Source: the human T2T-CHM13v2.0 reference genome, Homo sapiens
NCBI RefSeq assembly: GCF_009914755.1
Contig: NC_060927.1
DNA: 64,000 nucleotides
Reading direction: 5' to 3' (one strand)
The notes beneath the pieces are model-generated. The model made no database searches. It was given only the letters and a program-made list of their open reading frames with translations, and was not told the DNA's origin. Shown here one piece after another: positions 52,435 to 64,000 of this stretch. Position 1 is the first letter of the stretch. Each line of letters opens with the position of its first letter. The translations under genes and the position numbers were made by a program.

Positions 52435-52827
52435 TTTTATTTTTATTTATTTACTTACTTTTTAAAAAAAATTATTTTGATCTCATTCTCACTGAGGCTG
52501 CAGTGCAGTGGCAAGATCATAGCTCACTGCAGCCTTCACCTCCTGGACTTAAGTGATCCTGCCTCAGCCTCCCGAGTAGCTGGGACCATAGGCATGTGCC
52601 ACCACGCCTGGCCAAGTTTTGTATTTTTTGTAAAGATGAAGTCTCATTATGTTGCACAGGTTGATCTTGAACTCCTGAGCTCAAGTGATCCTCCTGCCTC
52701 GGCCTCCCAAAGTGCTAGGATTACAGGTGTGAGCTACCACACCTAGCCTAAGGTAGTATATTCTAAACAGATTATATTTAAAATAAGGTCCTTATTTCCA
52801 TCAAAATTTGTAGATGATTTCAAATTC

Positions 52828-52858
<31 letters not shown>

Positions 52859-53036
52859 GGAGACAGGGTCTCACTCTGCTGCCCAGGCTGGAGTGCAGGG
52901 GTGTGATCTTGTCTCACCGTAGCCTCAATCTCACAGGCTCAAGCAATCCCCACACTTCAGCCTTGTGAGTAACCTAGGACTACAGGTGCACACCACCACA
53001 CCCAGCTAATTTTTGTATTTTTTGTAGAGATGGGGG
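52435..53036 (-). mobile_element. AluJ-like (52435-52748) and truncated Alu (52830-53036)
   Basis: Alu motifs with T-tails; the second stops just past the mid-linker. Confidence 0.88.
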
Positions 53037-53118
53037 TCTCTACAAAAATGTTAAAGAAATGTTAAAGGTATTGTACTTTTGAATCATTACAAATGTTATT
53101 CTTAAAAGCTAGAATTTT

Positions 53119-53768
53119 GGCCAGGCACAGTGGCTCACGTCTGTAATCCCAGCACTCTGGGAGGCCAAGGCAGGTGGATCGCCTGAGCGCAGGAGTTTGG
53201 GACCACCCTGGGCAGTGTGGTGAAACCCTGTCTCCATTAAAATACAAAAAATTAGTCGGGTATGGTGGCATGTGCCTGTAGCCCCAGCTACTCAGGAGGC
53301 TGAGGCACAAGAATCGCTTAAGCCTGGGAGGTGGAGGTTGCAGTGAGCCAAGATCATGCCACTGCACTCCAGCTTGGGCTATAGAGTGAGACTGTCTCAG
53401 AAAAAAAAAAAAAAAAAAAGCTACTGTCACTGAAAATGGTGATAATAGAGTGTTTGGTTTTACAGTACCATTTTGACATGCAGAAATAAAAACTAACAGG
53501 CTGGTTGTGCTGGCTCACACCTATAATTCCAACACTTTGGGAGATCGAGGCAGATGGACTGCTTGAGCCCAGGAGTTAGAGACCAGCCTGGCCAACATGG
53601 TGAAGCCCCGTCTCTACTAAAAGTACAAAATATTAGCTGGGCATGAGGCATGAGAATCACTTGAACCCAGGAGGTGGAAGCTGCAGTGAGCCAAGATCAC
53701 ACCACTGCAACTCCAGCCTGGGCAACAGAGAGAGACTTAGTCTCAAAAAAAGAAAAAAAAATTAAAAA
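53119..53768 (+). mobile_element. Two Alus (53119-53419; 53499-53768 with internal deletion)
   Basis: Alu motifs with A-tails. Confidence 0.9.
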
Positions 53769-54648
53769 ACAAACATTCAATAGTTAAATATAAAAATATA
53801 TTAATAGCCACATTCCAGACAAAAACATTCTCCAAGCAGGTAATTATTGGCAAGTCCAGGAAATTTCAGAAAAATAATAAACTATTTTGCTTAACAACAG
53901 GAAAGTATCTGCTTCAACAGAACAAGAGGGAGATGCTCACAAACTGAGAATTATGGAAGTGAAGGCCTCTTTAAGGACTGTTAGATAGTTTTTCAATTAG
54001 CCTGAAAGCCTGAAGGAAAAATACTTGATGTCTGTGAGAACAGCTAAGGTATAAGGCCAGATTATAACCATCCACTTATTGCCAAGAATGGAAAAAAAAA
54101 AAAGGTTCAAAGAAAGTAAGAATATCCATTAGTGTGTGATGAATATAATTCTTCTCATCAATGCTTATATCATAGGGACAAATTAGCAGTTGTCATTTTT
54201 AAATCAAGATTCTTCTTAGTGAAAGTTGTAATATCACAGGAAAAAAACAGTGCAAGGTAAGATAGAGCAGGGTGTAGTGTAGTAATGCATACTAAGCATA
54301 TCTGGACAGCTGGCTAGATATCAAACACTACTAGAGACAAGAAAAATAAATAAATAAAAATAGCTTCTCTTTAGGCCATGAAATAAATAAAATTAAAATC
54401 TCCCTTGAAATTTAAAACTTAAATGTGAAAAAGATTACAAAGAATATTTTCCAAGTGAAGAATGACAAAGAACAGAGTACACACATACACACACACACAC
54501 ACACAAAAACTGAGGAAACATATAATATGTTAACAGGGAGGATTAGGTTAATAACAATATTAGCATCTCATTTATTTCACATTTTATAATTTATCTGTTC
54601 ATCATCTCATTTATTCCTCACAATAATCTCCTAAGGGAGATAATATTA

Positions 54649-55452
<804 letters not shown>

Positions 55453-55544
55453 CTAGTGCTTAAATTATAGAACTGATAAAGGGAAGAGCTAATTGGTGAA
55501 TAGCTAAAAAAAAAAAAAAAAAAGAAACAGAAGTGATAACTCAC

Positions 55545-55755
55545 CCATTGAGTCTACCTTATTTCTGTTTGATTTGCTGTGTGGACATTTCTCAGCTTTC
55601 AGTGCCTGAAATTTGTGCCTTGCCCACTGTGTGAGATGGTCAAGCATGGAGAACACAGTCTGTGTACTGAGTTGACACAGATCAGATGCAATGTCTTGGG
55701 TATTTATGGTATGCTGATCGTCATGCTTTAGAACTGCCATAATTTCTGCATAAAC
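55545..55755 (-). CDS. ATR: ATR exon 27 (211 nt)
   Basis: VYAEIMAVLKHDDQHTINTQDIASDLCQ...NRNKVDSM, overlapping ORF 55504..55740; catag| and |gtgagt. Confidence 0.97.
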
Positions 55756-55869
55756 CTATGAGAATCATTTATAATTAATAATAATATCTATATAATACCA
55801 TTTAACTATTATATGACATCTAAAGCTAACCATTCTAAGGCAAAAATTTTCAAAAGAAAAAACACAATT

Positions 55870-56150
55870 GGCCAGGCATGTTGGCCTGTAATCCCAGCAC
55901 TTTGGGAGGCTGAGGCAGCCCAATTGCCTGAGGTCAAGACCAGCCTGGTCAACATGGTGAAACCCTGTCTATACTAAAAATACAAAAAAATTAGCCAGGC
56001 ATGGTGGCACATGTGTGTAATCCCAGCTACTCAGAAGGCTGAGGCAGGAGAATCACTTGAACCTGGGAGGTGGAGGTTGCAGTGAGCCAAGAGCATCACT
56101 GCACCCCAACCTGGGCAACAAAGGGAGGCTCTGTCTCAAAAAAAGAAAAG
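55870..56150 (+). mobile_element. AluS-like
   Basis: TSD aaaacacaatt. Confidence 0.9.
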
Positions 56151-56785
56151 GAAAACACAATTGATCAATAATACATTCCTCTATTGTTCTTATCTATAAT
56201 TAAATCAATCCAAATATTAGTCTAAAAAGAAAATATGTTAACGACTAAAGAAAATTTTAAAAATTTTAAAATATTCTAGATTATTCAATAAATGATAATG
56301 AAACTTTGTTAACAGTGAAAAAAACTTACAGTAATATTTCACACTATATGCAAAATTAAGTTCAGAGTAATTGAAGACTAAATATAAAAACAGAAGGATT
56401 AAAAGAAAATATAGCAAATAAGTTCATGACATTAGATGAGGCATCACATAAAAGGTTTAAAATTAATAATCTATAAAAGATGTATAAATTTTGCATTTAC
56501 ATTTAAAATTTCTGCGTGGCAAAATGTGAAAAGGTTAAAAAGAAAATGACTAAGTTGGAATAATTTTTGAAAATATGACTGGCAACAAATTGGTAGCTAG
56601 AATATACATAGAACGTCTATCAATTAAAGGGATACACACACCAAACAGGCAAAGATATGTAAATGAACATACATAGCCATACATAGGTCTACATTTCCTA
56701 CTAATAGGTAGCCTTTCTAATACTAATTACATTGGAGAAAGTAAGTTTCACATGTTCAAAAACCAAGTAAGATGATTTATCTCAC

Positions 56786-56923
56786 CTCCTGCTGATCTTC
56801 TTGATTACAACCCAGTAAGACATACACCAGAATATGTGGAAGAAGATAGATGGTCACTTTGAAATCATGCTTCATCATAATGCTACAGCAGGTGAAAATT
56901 TTACTGGCAAGATCATGTCGAAC
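56786..56923 (-). CDS. ATR: ATR exon 26 (138 nt)
   Basis: VRHDLASKIFTCCSIMMKHDFKVTIYLLPHILVYVLLGCNQEDQQE; tacag| and |gtgaga. Confidence 0.97.
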
Positions 56924-57272
56924 CTGTAAATGCAAAATGTGTAGACAGTAACACACTTTCACATATTGATTAAATGTCAAAGAGTAGCATGTGAGATAAT
57001 TTATCACAAACGAGTATTCATTTTTAAATTTAAAAAGTTTTTTAATTAATTTTTTAATTAAATTATTTGGGGTTAAAGTCAAATTTTGTTATGACTTAAC
57101 TTTTGATTTGCTAACACTGTTGAACTCATAAAATTTTAAAGAGATTTTTTCTTCAAATACAAAGCCAAAAAACAAAAAAAAACCCATAATATTCCAGAGC
57201 TGAAAATAGTTAACAGTATTCCACATTTCACACATTATATTTTCAGTATATTCATTAAAAAAAGAAAATGTC

Positions 57273-57562
<290 letters not shown>

Positions 57563-57632
57563 ATGTCTTGAAGTTACTAACTACGAATTAGTATAATGAT
57601 ATTTTAAAACACTAACAGAAATGTTAATTAAA

Positions 57633-58112
<480 letters not shown>

Positions 58113-58679
58113 AGAAAGGTAAATTAAAAACAAAAATTGTAAATTTTAAATATACTGTAAACATTTTCTTGGAACACAGAGTACCTTTTGTCTATCCAGC
58201 ATGTAAAAATTTCTCATTAAGGAAATAGAAATATACCTGTTTTTCTATGAAAATTCATTGTAAAAATCTTTATTTTTATTTTAGAGAAAGTTCAGATAAT
58301 ATAACTTCTTTTAGAAATGCTATTAGAGTATAATATATCTCTTTATTGAATGTCTTTTTATTATGTAAAAAACTCTGACATAGCATTTACATCCTTTTAC
58401 ATAGTATTATTTTACAATATAAAAGGAATAAATGTAATTTTACACACACATTAAGACCATAGTAATTTTCTTGGTAAAACAATTACTTTTCACTCAGAAG
58501 CTATTATTAGTAACTACAGAGAAATTATTATTCTCTATTAGTTAACATTTTCTTCAAAAATTTCTATGATTATCAGCACAAATACTTCAATGATTATTGT
58601 GTGTGCTAGGCATTCAGATAGATGTTCTGGTTTCCTTTAGAATTTCCATTCAGTTAACAAACTGAACAGGGTTTCTTAC

Positions 58680-58800
58680 CTTTGTAATAAGATAACCTGC
58701 CCAAGATGCTGACCATTCTGCAAAGTTACTACCCAATTTACTTAAGTAAATTGGCTTCTTTACTCCAGACCAATCGGTTGACTTCTGAGAACTCTTGTAT
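58680..58800 (-). CDS. ATR: ATR exon 25 (121 nt)
   Basis: YKSSQKSTDWSGVKKPIYLSKLGSNFAEWSASWAGYLITK; tacag| and |gtaaga. Confidence 0.96.
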
Positions 58801-58899
58801 CTGTAATTTTGAAAATTTGTTTATTAAAAAGATAAATCCACCTGTTTAGAATTTTAGTAAATTACAGCAACTCCTTCAGTTGACTACCTCAGTACTGCC

Positions 58900-60170
58900 T
58901 TGCCTTTACTGCAATCTGCTTACCTTTTTCCAGTATCCTTCTTAGGGGTGAAGTAGGTCATTCTTGGACACCTAAAGTACTTCTAAGGATTTGAGTCTGC
59001 CCCCTCCTCTTCCTCAGATCCTTCCAACTCTCTTCTTATATAAGAAAAACCTGTTCCTTTGAAGTTCAAGCCACCCAGGTATACTACCATTTTCTACTCC
59101 TCATTATGGGTAACTATGCAACACACTGATTACCAAACTCATTGATAACTTTAGAACACTGCTCAGGGTTTTCTTTCTTCCCAGTGTTATTATCATCCTG
59201 GGTGACTTCAGTGTCTAGCTGGAGCACTTAATCAAGCTCAGAAGTTTCCAATGACTTTCTTCTCTACTTATCAGGGCTCAGGAATTATCAGGGCTCCCAT
59301 GCTAATTCAAAGAATTTCTTCACTTTGAAATCAATTATTTAGACATCTCATTGTATGGTCATAGTTTCCTAAATTTCCAGTTTTTTCACCCAGTTATTCC
59401 AGCACACCCATTCTCTCTTGTTGAGATCTTCTGTTCCGTGACCCTGCTAAGCTCTCCTGATCTATGACACCCCTGTCTCTTTGCCTCTTTCCACAACCAT
59501 CTTAGTCTGTATGGTCCTTCACTTCTAGCATTCTCTTGGTAATATCCTCTACCCACTCCATTGCCACACTGTCTTTTCCAGCGGTATTCATCTGCTAACC
59601 TCCCAACCTTGAATCAGTCTAAATATTTGTCTTTACTGAAATGATACTCAGGCTACTGCACTGATACAGGAAAATCACTAACCCACTTATAAGATTAGTA
59701 CTACTATGTATTCTTAGTCTTCAAAGTCAGTGGGCCGCTAAAGTTACAGAATTCCTTCTACGTTTTCATTATTGGCTCTCTTCTGTTTTCCAGTGATTAT
59801 TTCAAACCATCACCACCCTCCTAAAGTCACCTACACCAACTCCATTGCCACTTTCAGCCAATGAGGTCATCTCCTATACCTCCTACTTCACAGAGTAAAA
59901 ACAAAATCATTGCTTCCCGCAATGAAATCTGTAAACTTAGCTGTGTTCCATCCATTATTTTATCTTTCCCTATTGCAAAAAAAGAGATCTATTCCTTCTA
60001 AGTATAATTCCCTATAAGGGCCACGGCTCTCCCATTCCGGATGCTCCTTGGGGTCCTTACTACACCAACTATCACTTCTCTCTCACATTACTTCAACATG
60101 ACCCTTTCTATTTGTTCCTCAGCATTAACATTTAAACATGTTCACACAGCTCTCATCTTACGGCTACCTG
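58900..60170 (+). mobile_element. Degenerate L2-like LINE
   Basis: CT-rich; atcatcctgggtgacttca (EN-like), tcctacttcacagag and tttaaacatg...ctcatctta motifs. Confidence 0.5.
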
Positions 60171-60270
60171 TGTGTAGGATTTTTTTGAATGGCATGGGTT
60201 TCTTTCAAATCACCAATAAAAGCTTAGGAAATAACAAATGCCCTATACCCAAAGTCTTATACCCAAATAA

Positions 60271-60292
60271 TATATATATATATATATATATA
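60271..60292. repeat. (TA)11
   Basis: Perfect run. Confidence 0.95.
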
Positions 60293-61503
60293 CATATTTC
60301 ACTGTATTCCAAGTTTCTAACAGTTGAAAAATCCAATAATCTCTCAGTTAACCATCACACTAAACCAGGAGAAAAAATTCAAATCCCTATTTTGAATCAT
60401 CACGCGTATAGTTCTCTGGATGATTTTTATCAAATTTATAGTAAACTTAGCTAGAAAACTACTGATACTGGGATACAAGCCAGGCTCTGCCTAGTCATAA
60501 CCTGATGTTTTCTCCTAAAGTTATTTCTATGGTGATTTTGAACTGCAGTTGTTCTATCTGGTTCTAAATTTCAGTCTCCCAAATACAGCCATCCTTTAAT
60601 CCAGATTTAGTGATTATATATAAAGAGCCCAAATTAAAAAAAAAAAAAACATAAAGTAGGGAGTATAACTTAAAGGCAGCAAAAATATGAATATGCTTTT
60701 AAGAAATTCCATATTTCCCTAGGTCCTCTGGAGTAAATATCAAGCAGTCCAAGCTATAAAATTGAGCTACAGGCTAACCTGGTATTTTAGTTTTTCATAC
60801 AAAAGGGAATCAACGCTATTGAAAACGCACTCTATCAACCTCTTAATTTTATGTGGCTCCAATTTCAATAAGCAGATCCCAACTAGGTAAATCTCCTAAC
60901 TTCCATCATTGAGGAACCATTCGAGAGGTTATTCTAACTGCTCAGGTATAAAAGCTAAAGACCAAAAGAATTTCCATTGCTTTGTTAAGATCTACTTTTA
61001 AAAGACCACTTAAAAGTTGCTTCCTATGAAAAACATGACAAGTAGGCAGAAATGTTGGCTTCTACTTCTTATGAAGTATATGATAGCCAACCTCACAAAT
61101 TCTCCCCCCAAAAACAAAGAACTTATTAAGCAAGCTAGGATTGAATAAGCATTTATTATTGAGTGTCAACTAAATATCAGGCACTTTGCTAAGTACTTTT
61201 AATATTATCTCCTTTATTCCTAACAATAATCATACAAAGTGGGTAAAATTATCCATGTTTTCAAAATTAAAAAATTAAAACCTGGAAATGTTAAATAACT
61301 TGCCCAAGACTTCAGAGCTAGCAAATGCAAAGCCAACAATCAAACCTAAGCCTGTGTGACTACAAAGGTCATAAACTTTCCAGTAGATTACAGAAATTCT
61401 TTGACATCTACAGGTGCTATACAAAATACAGACTAAGAAAATGGGGGAAGTATGGAGTCCTCAAAAATGAAAATCCAAATTTTAACTTTAGTCTTTAACT
61501 TTA

Positions 61504-61866
<363 letters not shown>

Positions 61867-62109
61867 TCACTTCTTTAATAATGCTAGTCATAAGACATAA
61901 AATGATGTTTAAAAGATTTCTAAGTATAAAAAATTATCTAGGAAATAAATATGCATACCTCTGGGCTTTTATAAAGACTGTTAGTATAAGTCTAGGCACT
62001 TTCTAAGGTTCAAAGAAGTTATTTGTCCAAAGTCAAGTATCTAATATGCATGTGTACCTAGGGTACCAAAAAGTAGTTTCTAAATAGAAATAATTTATAG
62101 TTGTATGGA

Positions 62110-62154
62110 TTTTTTTCATATAAAATGCTTCATGTATTTGCATGTCATCTTGCA
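62110..62154 (-). pseudogene. U6 snRNA 3'-end retro-fragment
   Basis: atataaaatgcttcatgtatttgcatgtcatcttgca resembles the reverse complement of the U6 3' end (atatggaacgcttcacgaatttgcgtgtcatccttgcg), with CpG decay and an adjacent T7 tail. Confidence 0.55.
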
Positions 62155-62588
62155 TATTTCGTCAGTCCTAACAAAGTCATTTAAATTTTTTAAGAGATTA
62201 AATACATTTTTTTAAAAGCAGAGGGTGAAAATATATTCATGAGGAGAAATTGGGAGTAATGAAAATCTTTAATTGGGCCTACTAAAGGCTTTCTGACTAG
62301 CTTTAAACTTTAAATTTCTGTATTACTTATACCTATCAAAGAATTCAACTCACATTCAGCTTAAAGTATATTCTTTCAATTTACTACCGACCATTGAACT
62401 TTTAAAAAAATCAATCCTTTTAACTTCAATAAATTTATCTGAATATTTAAAGTTGTAGAATTTAACCCAATGAGCAGACTGCACTTCTCATCTAGACAAA
62501 TTATAAGCATAAATCATAGTGAAAAATATACATGAGGAGATACTAAAACACTTTTAATGTTAAAAAACTATATCAAAAATCACATTAA

Positions 62589-62884
<296 letters not shown>

Positions 62885-62953
62885 AAAAAAATCGCATTAT
62901 TTTTATATAATTAAAAACAATTTTATGAAAATACATTAAATAAGCCTACATAC

Positions 62954-63069
62954 CTGGTATTTAGATGAGGTTCTAGTATTTCCCGAACATGCTCAGGAAA
63001 TCTCCTCCACAATTGGTGACCTGGGCCGTTGGTCTCCATCTCTCTACAGTCATAAATAGAAAGCAACTC
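62954..63069 (-). CDS. ATR: ATR exon 24 (116 nt)
   Basis: ELLSIYDCREMETNGPGHQLWRRFPEHVREILEPHLNT; tgtag| and |gtatgt. Confidence 0.96.
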
Positions 63070-63161
63070 CTACAAATACATATTTTACATTTGTAAGTCC
63101 ACAGTGAAGCAGATAACGCTTTATATTCGTCAATGTTCTACATATCTTAGTTATAAAAATA

Positions 63162-63973
63162 CAGCCATAACTCATTTTATTGCACTTCGCTTTATTTATG
63201 CTTCATGGATGCTGTTTTTTTTGTCTGTTTGTTTTTTTAGAAATAGAAGGTTTGTGGCCACTATGCATGCAGTAAATCTATCAGTGCCATTTTCCCAACA
63301 ACATATGCTCACTTCATGTCTCTATGTCGCATTTCGGTAATTCTCAAAATATTTCAAACTTTTTCATTATTACTATATCTGTTATAGTGATATATGATCA
63401 GTGATCTTTGATGTTACTGTTGTAATTGCTTTGGGGCTCCACAAACTGTGCCCATATAAGACAGTGAACCTAATCGATAAATGTGGTGTGTGTTCTGACC
63501 AGCCGTTCCATCCCCCTCACTCTCTTTGGGACTTCATATTTCCAAAGACATAAGAATATTGAAATTAGGCCAATTAATGACCCTACAGTGGCCTCTAAGT
63601 ATACATATGAAAGGAGGAATCGCACATCTCTCACTTTAAATCAAAAGCTAGAAATGACTAAGCCTAGTGAAGAAGGCATGTCAAAAACCTAGACAAGCCA
63701 AAAGCTAGGTGTCTTGCACCTAACAGCCAAGTATAAATGCAAAGAAAAAGTTCTTGAAGGAAATTAAAAGTGTTACTCCAATGAATACATCAAATATAAG
63801 AAAGAGAAACAGTCTTATTTCTGATATAGAGAAAGTTTTAGTGGTCTGGATAAAAGATCAAACTAGCCACAACATTCCCTTAAGCCAAAGCCTAATCCAA
63901 AGAAAAGCCCTAGTTCTCTCCAATTCTATGAAATCTGAGAGAGGAGAATAAGTTGCAGAAAAAAAGTTTGAAG
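63162..63973 (+). mobile_element. Tigger1 DNA transposon 5' part with decayed transposase
   Basis: TA + cagccataactcattttattgcacttcgc terminal repeat; ORF remnants RTSLTLNQKLEM..SEEGMSK and [39 protein letters not shown] (CENP-B-like HTH). Confidence 0.9.
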
Positions 63974-64000
63974 TGATACAACTCAAGGGGCGCTTCTTAA

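Noticed and set aside
60041-60454. 137-aa plus-strand ORF
   Set aside because: Non-ATG start, overlaps L2-like sequence and (TA)11, and has no recognisable homology.
63483-63951. Domesticated Tigger transposase (TIGD1-like gene)
   Set aside because: Broken by stops and frameshifts, and the homology ends near 63973.

Overview
Primate genomic DNA, almost certainly human chr3q23. The window is entirely inside the ATR gene (PIKK-family checkpoint kinase), which runs on the minus strand. I traced 22 consecutive coding exons between 888 and 63069. They total 3389 nt and splice in frame, covering the late HEAT repeats, the FAT domain and most of the kinase domain. By recalled reference numbering these are exons 24-45, about aa 1423-2552. 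Every complete intron is GT-AG except one GC-AG. The introns hold about 40 Alu or Alu-monomer copies, a full-length but dead L1PA4/5-like element nested in an older L1MA, older L1, solo LTRs (MER21, MLT1, LTR33-like), Tigger1/MER2/MER8 fossils, a U6 fragment and microsatellites. I see no new protein-coding gene or prokaryote-like system. The most unusual observations are: (1) a TSD-flanked chimera of an Alu arm plus a 45-nt poly(A)-tailed hairpin from a MER4-type LTR; (2) a probable L1 3' transduction; (3) latent Alu pseudo-exons, one matching a recalled Seckel allele and one with the GT donor already present; (4) a 40-bp direct repeat bracketing exon 34 and a (TA)29 tract; (5) a GC donor. Repeat subfamily names come from remembered consensus sequences, and repeat boundaries are approximate.
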